From an uncultured Bacilli bacterium (GTDB taxonomy: Bacteria > Bacillota_I > Bacilli_A > RF39 > UBA660), in contig CAKOOK010000004.1 in assembly GCA_934098515.1 (NCBI GenBank), forward strand, positions 3,483-67,482: a DNA stretch of 64,000 nt. The letters run 5' to 3'. The notes below the pieces were generated by a model, which saw only the letters and a list, made by a program, of their open reading frames with translations, searched no databases and was not told the DNA's origin. Position numbers and translations under genes: made by a program. Numbering within the stretch: position 1 is the first letter of the stretch; every line of letters starts with the position of its first letter. Below, in pieces: positions 38,562 to 47,700 of this stretch.

Positions 38562-39854
38562 ATGAACAAAAAACTTCCGATAATTTCTCTTTTTTTTATG
38601 AGTATAGTTAGCATAATGTATTGGGCATTTAAACCAAAGGACGAATTATATGAGGCTAAATGGAATGCGCCAGACACAACTTTAGCAATTACGATCAATG
38701 GTGAAATTAGTACAACATTTCCAACAACAGATATGTACACTGGAACAGTAGAATGTACTACAGGAACAGGTAAAGTAGAATGGAATGGTACTAAATGGAT
38801 TCTTACAACAAGTGGAATAACTAAAGGAAGCACTAAATGCAATGTTATTTTTAAGCAAACTTTTAATGGTGTAATATTAGCAAAGAATGAAGTAAAGACT
38901 CCGTTTACAACACCAGGAGCAGCAGTATCTACTGCAAGTGAAGCATTACTTGCAGCTGCAGAAGATGATTATGGTACATCTTATTACTTTAGAGGTGCTG
39001 TAACAAATAACTATGTAGAGTTTGCTAATAAATGCTGGAGAATAGTAAGAGTTAGTGGAGATGGTTCAGTAAAACTTATCTTACATAATGACAATACAAC
39101 TGGAGTTGCTAATCCTTGTGATGCTGCAAATAATAGTGCTAGTGCAGCATTTGCAAGATACTCTGGTGAAACATATACAAGTGCATTTAACACAATTGTA
39201 AATGATAATGCTTATGTAGGATTTAAGTATGGAACACCAGGTTCAAATACATATGAAGCTACACATGCAAATACCAATAAAAGTACAATACTAACTAATT
39301 TAGAAGTTTGGTATAATAAGAATCTTAAAACATATGAAAAAGTAATAGCTGATACTGTATGGTGTAATGATAAAACAAATGTGACTGATACATCTTTTGA
39401 CCCATGGAATTATAGTAGTTATAGTAATGTAACTGGTTTAGGATATGCTAAAAATATAACATATTATGGTGCTACCCAAAGACTAGTAAGTAAAAGTAAT
39501 AGTGCTGGAGGCACTGGCCCAAGTTTGAAATGTAATGGAGAATTAAGTAAAATAAATTCAAAGGTAGGCTTAATAACAGCAGATGAACTAGCATTAGCAG
39601 GATATGCTTATGATTATTTTGAAAATACTACACCATATTTACAAGAAAATGCTACAGATGATTATTGGTGGTCCTTGTCGCCTGACAACTTCTTTGGTGG
39701 CTACGCTTACGTTTGGTGCGTTGGCATCAGATATGGCGTCTTCAGAGTCGAATACGTGAACCACGCCTACGGGCTTCGTCCTTCGATTTCTCTTAAGTCG
39801 ACGACCAACGTAACCGGTGATGGAACCAGTGAAAATCCATACGTAGTAAAATAG
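38562..39854 (+). CDS. secreted/surface protein paralog 2 with C-terminal hypervariable lectin-like module (candidate DGR target)
   Basis: N-terminal signal/anchor LPIISLFFMSIVSIMYWAF. From ~aa 110 it is paralogous to 21182..22726 and ends ...YWWSLSP-[31 variable aa]-RPSISLKSTTNVTG. Confidence 0.8.
   Translation: MNKKLPIISLFFMSIVSIMYWAFKPKDELYEAKWNAPDTTLAITINGEISTTFPTTDMYTGTVECTTGTGKVEWNGTKWILTTSGITKGSTKCNVIFKQTFNGVILAKNEVKTPFTTPGAAVSTASEALLAAAEDDYGTSYYFRGAVTNNYVEFANKCWRIVRVSGDGSVKLILHNDNTTGVANPCDAANNSASAAFARYSGETYTSAFNTIVNDNAYVGFKYGTPGSNTYEATHANTNKSTILTNLEVWYNKNLKTYEKVIADTVWCNDKTNVTDTSFDPWNYSSYSNVTGLGYAKNITYYGATQRLVSKSNSAGGTGPSLKCNGELSKINSKVGLITADELALAGYAYDYFENTTPYLQENATDDYWWSLSPDNFFGGYAYVWCVGIRYGVFRVEYVNHAYGLRPSISLKSTTNVTGDGTSENPYVVK
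39684..39776 (+). other. hypervariable 93-nt core (VR-like) of paralog 2
   Basis: Hand count: 48/93 G+C and 18 A. Rich in NAC codons (gac aac tac tac ... aac cac tac). Followed by a 42-nt block identical to paralog 1 (39777..39818). Confidence 0.75.
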
Positions 39855-39917
39855 AATCACAATTTGATAAAACTCCCTAAATATGCTATAATTGTAGTAA
39901 TTAAGGGGGTTTTTATT

Positions 39918-40826
39918 ATGGAGGTTATTAATTTATCTAGTAGGTCTTTTAAAGGGTTAAGGACTCTTGAATTACCTAATATTGTATATAATACTGAGGG
40001 TAAGATATATGTTTATGAGGATAAAGATAAGTGGAATAAGAGGATGCATTTAGTTAAGAGGCTATATATTAATAGTGGTCCTATATTTAGTAATAAGCTT
40101 GCGACTATAAATTCTTTGGTTGATTATGAAGAACAGATTGATATGCCTGAACTTGTTTATCCTGAAAAGTTACTTACTGTAGGTAGAGAAATAGTTGGGT
40201 TTACTATGCCTTATGTTCCATCTACTAATTTAAAAGAAATATTAACTAGTTCTAAGACTCCTGCTGAAGTTAAGATTAAGTATTTAAAGGATATTGGTAC
40301 TATTTTAGAGAAGATGGAAGAGGTTCGTAAGTATGCTGATCTTGAGGATTTTTATTTAAATGATTTACATGAGGGAAATTTTATAGTAGATGAAGAAGGT
40401 ACTTTAAGAGTAATTGATTTAGATTCTTGTAAGATTGCTGGTAATATGCCATTTTGTTCTAAGTATTTATCTAGAATGAATCCTTCTATTAGTAATCTTC
40501 CTGGTAAATATAAGTTAAGTAATTTTAGATGTTCTGGAGATATTATTCCTAATAAAGATACTGATTTGTATTGTTATATAATTACAGTTTTAAATACACT
40601 TTTTGGTAGAGAAACACATAGATTACCTCTTGAGACTTTTTATGATTATTTAGAGTATTTAAGAAGGATTGGTGTATCTACTGAACTTATTGATATAATT
40701 TCTGATATTTATTCAAATAAACCTAATACTAATCCTATGGAATTATTGGATGGGTTAGAGCCAGTATTTTATAAGTGTCATGAAAGTGTGTTTAAGAGTT
40801 TGACGAAGCAAAGAAGATGCCAATAG
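39918..40826 (+). CDS. protein-kinase-like fold protein (eukaryotic-like/APH-type catalytic loop)
   Basis: LNDLHEGNFIVDEEGTLRVIDLDS resembles the HxDLxxxN catalytic loop plus DxD/DFG metal site. ATG behind aaggggg; hairpin terminator at the stop. Confidence 0.55.
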   Translation: MEVINLSSRSFKGLRTLELPNIVYNTEGKIYVYEDKDKWNKRMHLVKRLYINSGPIFSNKLATINSLVDYEEQIDMPELVYPEKLLTVGREIVGFTMPYVPSTNLKEILTSSKTPAEVKIKYLKDIGTILEKMEEVRKYADLEDFYLNDLHEGNFIVDEEGTLRVIDLDSCKIAGNMPFCSKYLSRMNPSISNLPGKYKLSNFRCSGDIIPNKDTDLYCYIITVLNTLFGRETHRLPLETFYDYLEYLRRIGVSTELIDIISDIYSNKPNTNPMELLDGLEPVFYKCHESVFKSLTKQRRCQ

Positions 40827-40840
40827 TGGCATTTTTTCGT

Positions 40841-40890
40841 TTGCAAAACTTGTCAAAAAAAAGAAGTTTTGCAAATAGACTTGCAAAACT
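40841..40890. repeat. TTGCAAAACTT motif: 11-bp-stem palindrome plus a third direct copy overlapping the next promoter region
   Basis: ttgcaaaactt (40841..40851) pairs with aagttttgcaa (40864..40874). ttgcaaaact occurs again at 40881..40890. Confidence 0.8.
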
Positions 40891-40935
40891 TTACAAAAAT
40901 ATTTTTTTGTGTTATTATAAATTTGGTGATGAAAT

Positions 40936-42141
40936 ATGGTAATAAGAGAAGATTATTTAAAAAAAATGATTGATGCAAAAGATACTGATTTTATTAAGGT
41001 AGTAACTGGTGTTAGAAGAAGCGGAAAGTCAACACTATTATTAATGTTTAGAGATTATTTACTGAATAATGGTATAAGTGAAAATAATATTATACATATG
41101 AATTTTGAATCTGGTATATATGATGAAATTAATGATTACAAAAAATTATATAATTATGTAAAAGATAAAATAGATAAAAAAAAGACGTATTTATTGCTTG
41201 ATGAAATACAAAATGTTGATAAATGGGAGAAAGCAATAAATTCATTTAAAGTCGATTTTGATATTGATATTTATATAACTGGTTCAAATGCGTATTTATT
41301 ATCAAGTGAGTTATCTACTTTGCTATCAGGTAGATACATAGAAATAAAAATGTATCCATTATCTTTTAAGGAATTTTTAATTTTTAATGAATATACTCAT
41401 ACTAATTTAGAAGAAAAATTTAACGAATATTTAAAGTATGGTGGTTTACCTGCAGTAACATTGATAAAAGGCAATGACGAACTGGTTTTATCTTACCTAA
41501 GTGGAATTTATAATACAATTGTAAAAAAAGATATAATAGATAGAAATAATATAAAAGATTCAGTGCTTTTAGAAAATATAATAAAATATATATCTAACAA
41601 TATAGGAAGTCCTGTTTCTTCTACAAAAATTAGTGATTATTTAAACAGTAATAAAATAGTTGATAAATCAAATCATCAAACTATTGATAATTATTTAAGT
41701 ATGTTAGAAAAGTCTTTCATAATGTATAAAGCAGATCGAACTGATATAAAGAATAAATCTATTTTAAAAACACTTGGCAAATATTATATTTCTGATTTAG
41801 GAATAAGAAATATAATATTAGGTTTTAGAAATATAAATGAGGGACATTTACTTGAAAATGTTATTTATTTAGAATTATTAAGAAGAGGATATAAAGTTAA
41901 TATTGGTAAATTCGATGAATATGAAGTTGATTTTGTTGCTGAAAATCCAACTAGCGTGAAGTATTATCAAGTTACCCAAAGCTTAATAAATGAAGATGTT
42001 AAAACAAGGGAATTAAGAAGTTTGGAAAGCATATCAGATAATTATGAAAAAATTATTTTAACAATGGATAAGTCTATTAATAATGATATTAACGGAATAA
42101 AAATTGTTAATATAATAGATTGGTTATTAAAAGAAAATTAA
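40936..42141 (+). CDS. AAA-family ATPase (AAA_14 + DUF4143 architecture)
   Basis: Walker A GVRRSGKST, Walker B YLLLDEIQ, C-terminal DUF4143-like region. By-eye call. Confidence 0.75.
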   Translation: MVIREDYLKKMIDAKDTDFIKVVTGVRRSGKSTLLLMFRDYLLNNGISENNIIHMNFESGIYDEINDYKKLYNYVKDKIDKKKTYLLLDEIQNVDKWEKAINSFKVDFDIDIYITGSNAYLLSSELSTLLSGRYIEIKMYPLSFKEFLIFNEYTHTNLEEKFNEYLKYGGLPAVTLIKGNDELVLSYLSGIYNTIVKKDIIDRNNIKDSVLLENIIKYISNNIGSPVSSTKISDYLNSNKIVDKSNHQTIDNYLSMLEKSFIMYKADRTDIKNKSILKTLGKYYISDLGIRNIILGFRNINEGHLLENVIYLELLRRGYKVNIGKFDEYEVDFVAENPTSVKYYQVTQSLINEDVKTRELRSLESISDNYEKIILTMDKSINNDINGIKIVNIIDWLLKEN

Positions 42142-42287
42142 TAAAGCAACATAAAATATAAGGTGTTTTGATTAACATCTTTTTTATTATTAGTATTTTT
42201 TTAAGATTTTTAAGTGTCTTTTGATCTTCAATTTATTGAAAAAAGAGTACTCTCGTGCTAAAATACTGACAAGGGAAGAGTGATATT

Positions 42288-43607
42288 ATGAAAAATAAAG
42301 TTGAACCTAAAACATTATCTGGTTTTATGGAGTTAATGCCACAAGATCAAATACTTTTTAGTAATATTAAAAGAACTATTGAAGAGGTATATGCTAGTTA
42401 TGGTTATTATGAACTAGATACTCCTATTATTGAGTCTTCTGAAGTTTTGCTTGCTAAAGCTGGAGGAGAAACGGAAAAACAAATTTATCGTTTTCAAAAG
42501 GGAGACAGTGACTTATCTTTAAGATTTGATTTAACTGTGCCACTTGCTAAGTATGTTGCTGCTAGATATAATGAGCTTACTTTTCCATTTAAGAGATATC
42601 AAATTGGAAAGGTATATCGTGGAGAGCGTGCTCAAAAGGGAAGATTTAGAGAGTTTTATCAGTGTGATATAGATGTTATTGGTAATGAGTCTTTATCACT
42701 TATGTATGATGTTGAAATTCCAAGTGTTATTTATGATATTTTTAAGAAATTAAATTTTGGTAAGTTTCAAATTCAAATTAATAATCGTAAACTTTTATCT
42801 GGATTTTTTGATGCTTTAGAGCTTAATGATTTAGTATCTGATATTTTAAGAGTTATTGATAAGATTGATAAGATTGGTTTAGATGCAGTTAAGGATGAGT
42901 TAAGATTACTTGATATTGCTGATGATAAGATTGGAAAAATAGCTGAGTTTATTTTAATTGAAGGAACTACTGAAGAAAAATTAGAAAAATTAGAAAATTT
43001 AGGTATTCAAAATGATACATTTAAGGAGGGATTAGAAGAATTAAAGTTTGTTATTGAAGGACTTAAGTGTATGAATGTTGATAGTGATTATTATACTATT
43101 AATTTAACTATTGCTAGAGGCCTAGATTATTATACTGGAACTGTTTATGAGACTAAACTTGTTGATTATCCTTCTATTGGTAGTGTATGTTCTGGTGGTA
43201 GATATGAAGATTTAGCTGGTTACTATACAGATCAAAAGCTTCCTGGTGTAGGTATTTCAATTGGTTTAACTAGATTATTCTATCAGTTAAAGGAAGCAGG
43301 AATTATTACAAGTAGTGAAGTATCAGCATCAGATGTAGCAATTTTACCAATGACGATGAATTATGCTTATATTTGTAATGTTTTAAATAAAGTTAAGGGC
43401 GAAGGCTTAAAAGCAGAGGTAGTATACTTAAATAAGTTTAAACAATTAATGAGATTTGCAGATAAGAATAATATTCCTTATGTAATTATTATTGGTGATG
43501 ATGAGATTAATAATAATGAAATAGCGATTAAGGATATGGCTACAGGAGAGCAAACTAAACTTAAACTAGATGATATTTCTAAAATTAAAGAAATTGTTAA
43601 AAGATAG
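42288..43607 (+). CDS. hisS: histidine--tRNA ligase
   Basis: Class II motifs YRGERAQKGRFREFYQ, RGLDYYTG, GGRYEDL, plus a C-terminal anticodon-binding domain. Confidence 0.95.
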   Translation: MKNKVEPKTLSGFMELMPQDQILFSNIKRTIEEVYASYGYYELDTPIIESSEVLLAKAGGETEKQIYRFQKGDSDLSLRFDLTVPLAKYVAARYNELTFPFKRYQIGKVYRGERAQKGRFREFYQCDIDVIGNESLSLMYDVEIPSVIYDIFKKLNFGKFQIQINNRKLLSGFFDALELNDLVSDILRVIDKIDKIGLDAVKDELRLLDIADDKIGKIAEFILIEGTTEEKLEKLENLGIQNDTFKEGLEELKFVIEGLKCMNVDSDYYTINLTIARGLDYYTGTVYETKLVDYPSIGSVCSGGRYEDLAGYYTDQKLPGVGISIGLTRLFYQLKEAGIITSSEVSASDVAILPMTMNYAYICNVLNKVKGEGLKAEVVYLNKFKQLMRFADKNNIPYVIIIGDDEINNNEIAIKDMATGEQTKLKLDDISKIKEIVKR

Positions 43608-43608
43608 T

Positions 43609-43637
43609 TTGACATTATAAAAAAACTAACGTAAAAT
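43609..43637 (+). promoter_or_regulatory. sigmaA-type promoter of the T-box leader
   Basis: TTGACA (43609..43614), 17 nt, TAAAAT (43632..43637). Confidence 0.65.
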
Positions 43638-43643
43638 ATAAAT

Positions 43644-43847
43644 AGATTTTTGTTAAAAGACTATTATTACAAGGTTATATTTAAGAGAGGGCTAGATGGT
43701 GTAAATGCCTAATATATAGTAATAATGGAACACTTTGTTAAATAACAAAACGCTAGAAAAGCGATAAAATTATAAGACTGCACTAAGTGAAGTAAGGTGG
43801 TACCGCGGATATGTTTCGCCCTTACGTAATTAGTGCTTTTATTTTTT
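43644..43847 (+). promoter_or_regulatory. T-box riboswitch leader, probable Asn (AAC) specifier
   Basis: Conserved T-box aaggtggtaccgcg (43794..43807). Terminator arms gcactaa...gtaagg / ccttac...ttagtgc plus T-run. Stem I attattac/gtaataat with the 3' internal loop ggAACa. Confidence 0.85.
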
Positions 43848-43860
43848 AGAAAGGATTGTT

Positions 43861-44577
43861 ATGGAAGAGATTATAATTGAAAATAAAAAGAGGGAGTATG
43901 TTGCAGATATTATTAAGTCTATCTGTGAAAAGTATAGATTTAATAAAGTTAATAATGATGAACTTAGTAAGGTTACTGGTAAGGTTTATAGTTTGGATAG
44001 TAAGCTTATTATAAAAAGTGATAGTGATATTTTAATTAAAGATGCTGAAGTAATTAGTTTAGTGTATCAAATATTTAATCTTTTAAATGTAGATGCACTC
44101 ATTAAGATTAATATAAGCGATTCTAAATATGATAAGTTAAAAGAGTATCTTGATCTTTTAGAGATTAACTTTGAAATTGATGATAAGATAAAGACTGATG
44201 AGTATGCTTATGAAGTATACTCTAATGATATTAAATTAGGTGAAGGTAATAGTAAGATAGAAGTTAAGATTGATTTAGAGAAAACTATTAAAGAAATAGA
44301 AGATAATGGTACTAATATTCCAGTAGAAGAAAATATAGATGTTTTATTTACAGCAACAAGTGAGAATGAATTAGAGACAGCGTCTTATTTAATGCAGAAT
44401 TTAAGACTTAATGGATTTATTACTGAAATAGGTGATAAGTTAAGTGCTAAGTTTAATATTATTTTGAAAGATAAAGATTTAGAACATAATGAAGTTATTA
44501 TTAAGGATAATGTAACTGGGGAAGAGACTAAGTCTAATATAAATGATATAGCAGAATATCTAGAGATGAATATATAG
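43861..44577 (+). CDS. degenerate HisRS/HisZ-like class II aaRS paralog retaining an anticodon-binding-type domain
   Basis: 238 aa. The C-terminal ~90 aa looks like an HGTP anticodon-binding domain (IDVLFTATSENELETASYLMQNLRLNG...VIIKDNVTGEE). No class II catalytic motifs 2/3 recognised. Confidence 0.45.
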   Translation: MEEIIIENKKREYVADIIKSICEKYRFNKVNNDELSKVTGKVYSLDSKLIIKSDSDILIKDAEVISLVYQIFNLLNVDALIKINISDSKYDKLKEYLDLLEINFEIDDKIKTDEYAYEVYSNDIKLGEGNSKIEVKIDLEKTIKEIEDNGTNIPVEENIDVLFTATSENELETASYLMQNLRLNGFITEIGDKLSAKFNIILKDKDLEHNEVIIKDNVTGEETKSNINDIAEYLEMNI

Positions 44578-44591
44578 AAAGAGGGATAGAG

Positions 44592-45977
44592 ATGAAACTA
44601 GATGTAAAAGATTTATATGATGGTATAAAGGATTATATGGATAAGGAGGTAACACTTCAAGGATGGATTAAGAATCATCGTAAGCAAAAGGAATTTGGAT
44701 TTATTGATTTTTCTGATGGTACAAGTTTTAAGCATGTGCAGTTAGTTTATGATAATAGTTTAGAAGAGTTCGATGAGATAGCAAAACTTCATATTGGATG
44801 TGCAATTACAGTTACTGGAACAATTATTAAATCAGAAGGTGCTGGGCAAGATTTTGAGTTAAAGGTTAAATCTATTAAGTTAGAAGGAGACTGTCCAGAA
44901 GATTATCCAATACAGCCAAAGAGACACTCTAATGAGTTTTTAAGGGAGATGGCTTATTTAAGACCTAGAACAAATTTATTTAATGCGGTGTTTAGAGTTA
45001 GAAGTGTGGCAGCGTATGCTATTCATAATTATTTTCAAAGTCGTAACTATATATATGTTCATACGCCACTTTTAACTACTGCTGATTGTGAAGGAAGCGA
45101 TCAGATGTTTAAGGTAACAACACTTAATTTAAATAATTTACCACTTACTGAAGATAAACGTGTAGATATGTCTAAAGATTTATTTGGTAAGCTTGCTTTT
45201 ATTACAGGATCTGGTCAGTTACATGGTGAAGCATTTGCTATGGCTTATAAGAAGATTTATACTTTTGGGCCTACTTTTAGAACAGAAAATTCAAATACAA
45301 AAACCCATGCTAATGAGTTCTGGATGATTGAGCCAGAGATAGCATTCTGTGATTTAGCTGGACTTATGGATATTGAAGAAGAAATGCTTAAGTATATTGT
45401 GTTTTATGTTTTAGAGAGATGTTCTGATGAGATTGATTTCTTTGATAAGTTTGTGAGTAAAGGTTTGAGAGAAAAACTAGAAAAGTTAGTGTCTTCACAT
45501 TTTACAAGAATTACACATCATGAAGCAGTTGATATTTTACTTAAGGCTGATAAGAAGTGGGAGTTTACTCCTTCATATGAGGATGATATTGCTAAGGAAC
45601 ATGAGAAGTATATTACTGAATACTTTAATGGTCCAGTATTTATTACTGATTGGCCTAAGGATATTAAGGCTTGGTATATGAAAGTTAATGAAGATGGTAA
45701 GACTGTTGCTGCTGTTGATTTAGAGGTTCCTGGTGCTGGAGAACTTATGGGAGGCTCTCAAAGAGAAACTAACCTTGCTATATTAGAAGAGAGAATGAAC
45801 GAGCTTGGTGTTGATAAGAGTGCTGTTGATTGGTATGTTAATTTGCGTAAGTTTGGTGGCTGTTATCACTCTGGGTTTGGGATGGGATTTGAAAGATTAG
45901 TTATTTATTTAACTGGTGTTGAAAATATTCGTGATGTTATACCATTTCCAAGAACACCTGGTAACTGTGAATTTTAA
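44592..45977 (+). CDS. asnS: asparagine--tRNA ligase
   Basis: FRTENSNTKTHANEFWMIEPE, GGSQRE, GFGMGFERLV..., IPFPR; ~460 aa. Confidence 0.95.
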   Translation: MKLDVKDLYDGIKDYMDKEVTLQGWIKNHRKQKEFGFIDFSDGTSFKHVQLVYDNSLEEFDEIAKLHIGCAITVTGTIIKSEGAGQDFELKVKSIKLEGDCPEDYPIQPKRHSNEFLREMAYLRPRTNLFNAVFRVRSVAAYAIHNYFQSRNYIYVHTPLLTTADCEGSDQMFKVTTLNLNNLPLTEDKRVDMSKDLFGKLAFITGSGQLHGEAFAMAYKKIYTFGPTFRTENSNTKTHANEFWMIEPEIAFCDLAGLMDIEEEMLKYIVFYVLERCSDEIDFFDKFVSKGLREKLEKLVSSHFTRITHHEAVDILLKADKKWEFTPSYEDDIAKEHEKYITEYFNGPVFITDWPKDIKAWYMKVNEDGKTVAAVDLEVPGAGELMGGSQRETNLAILEERMNELGVDKSAVDWYVNLRKFGGCYHSGFGMGFERLVIYLTGVENIRDVIPFPRTPGNCEF

Positions 45978-45985
45978 GGAGGATT

Positions 45986-46282
45986 ATGAAGGAGTTTACT
46001 GAAGAGGAGATAATTTCTTATGCTGATAAGTTACTTATTGGTTTATCCAGTGAGGAGAGTTTGTCTATTAAGGAAGAGTTTAAGTTTATAGATAAGAATA
46101 TTGATAAGATTAATGAGATACCTAATTTAGCTAGTATTAAGCCAGCTACTAGTCCTTTTAATTTATATGAAGGAACGCTTCGCGAGGATGTTGCAGAAGA
46201 AAGTGTAGATATTGATGACTTACTTAGAAATACTGGTGAAGTTGATGGAAGAGAAGTAAAGGTTCCAAAGGTGGTAGAGTAA
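45986..46282 (+). CDS. gatC: Asp/Glu-tRNA amidotransferase subunit C
   Basis: 98 aa; precedes gatA-gatB with an overlapping stop/start. Confidence 0.9.
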   Translation: MKEFTEEEIISYADKLLIGLSSEESLSIKEEFKFIDKNIDKINEIPNLASIKPATSPFNLYEGTLREDVAEESVDIDDLLRNTGEVDGREVKVPKVVE

Positions 46283-47700
46283 TGATTGATGAGTTAAAGA
46301 GTAAAAATAGTGAAGAGTTAGTTAGTGAAAGTATTAAGAAAGCTAAAGAAACTAATGTAGAGATCAATTCATTTGTAACTATAATTGATAATCCAGAACA
46401 TGTTAATAATGAAGAGAGTCCTCTTAATGGAATACCTTATGCTGCTAAGGATTTGTTTAGTACTAAGGATATTTTAACTACTGGTTCGTCTAATATTTTA
46501 GCAAATTATGTGCCATTTTATGATGCGACTGTTATTAAGAGATTAAAGGATGCTGGAGCTATTCTTATTGGTAAGACGGTATGTGATGAGTTTGGTTTAG
46601 GTGGAACTGGTACTACTGGGCATACAGGGGTTGTTAAGAATCCATGGGATATTACTAGAGGAGCTGGTGGTTCGTCATCTGGTTCTGCTACTAGTGTAGC
46701 ACTAGGCATTGTACCTTTTTCTTTAGGAACTGATACAGGGGATTCTGTTAGAAAGCCGGCATCATTTTGTGGGGTAGTTGGGTATAAACCTACATATGGG
46801 CTTATTCCTAGATATGGAGTGTTACCTTTTGCATCATCCTTAGATCATGTTGGTTTATTTACTACGTGTGTTAAGGATGCTGCAGTAGTAACTGATGTGA
46901 TTAAAGGCTTTGATGGTAAGGATATGACTAGTTTAAAAACTGAAGAGAGTTTGGCTTCTGGTCTTAATGGTATTATTTCTGGTAAGAAGTTATTTTATAT
47001 TAAAGAATTAACTGATATAGAATATTATGATAATCCTAGTGAGGATGTTATTAGTACTTTAAGTTTGTTTAAGGAGAATATTGCTAAGATAAAAGAGCTT
47101 GGGGTTGAAGTTTATGAAGAAAGTCTAGATGAAAAGATAATTGATGCACTGGGGCCAGCTTATACTATTATTTCTTGTGCTGAAGCAACTAGTAATTTGT
47201 CTATGTATACTGGAATTAATTTTGGTATGCGTGGTGTTGGTAATAATATTAAAGATATGATTAAGGATCATCGTACTAAAGGATTTAGTTCTTTAATTAA
47301 GAGAAGACTTGTTATTGGTAGTTATGTTTTAGAGGAGAAAAATCAAGAAAGATATTATTTAAATGCATGCAGGGTAAGACAATTAGTAATTGATAAGATG
47401 AATGAGTTTTTAAGTAAGTATGATGCGTTAGTTATGCCGGCTAGTTTTAAAGCACCACTTTTAGTTTCTGCCAATGATGTTATTACAGAGAGTAAGAAAG
47501 ATGTTGCTAGTACACTTTTAATTGGTAATTTTGGAGGTTATCCTTCTATTACTATTCCTTGTGGTTTTGTAGATGATATGCCATTGGGGCTTAACTTAAC
47601 TGGAAGAGTTAAAGGGGATAAAGATTTATTAAATATTGCATATGGCGTTGAGCAAAAACTAGGGTTTGCTGGACAAATTGTAGGAGGTAAACATGAGTAA
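46282..47700 (+). CDS. gatA: Asp/Glu-tRNA amidotransferase subunit A
   Basis: Amidase signature GGSSSGSATSVA...GTDTGDSVRKPA. Confidence 0.95.
   Translation: MIDELKSKNSEELVSESIKKAKETNVEINSFVTIIDNPEHVNNEESPLNGIPYAAKDLFSTKDILTTGSSNILANYVPFYDATVIKRLKDAGAILIGKTVCDEFGLGGTGTTGHTGVVKNPWDITRGAGGSSSGSATSVALGIVPFSLGTDTGDSVRKPASFCGVVGYKPTYGLIPRYGVLPFASSLDHVGLFTTCVKDAAVVTDVIKGFDGKDMTSLKTEESLASGLNGIISGKKLFYIKELTDIEYYDNPSEDVISTLSLFKENIAKIKELGVEVYEESLDEKIIDALGPAYTIISCAEATSNLSMYTGINFGMRGVGNNIKDMIKDHRTKGFSSLIKRRLVIGSYVLEEKNQERYYLNACRVRQLVIDKMNEFLSKYDALVMPASFKAPLLVSANDVITESKKDVASTLLIGNFGGYPSITIPCGFVDDMPLGLNLTGRVKGDKDLLNIAYGVEQKLGFAGQIVGGKHE

Noticed and set aside
39639-39860. Minus-strand ORF over the paralog 2 VR-like region, sharing GYVGRRLKRNRRT with the minus ORF at 22511..22783
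   Set aside because: The shared peptide is just the reverse translation of the conserved 42-nt block. It is an artefact of the same GC-rich patch.
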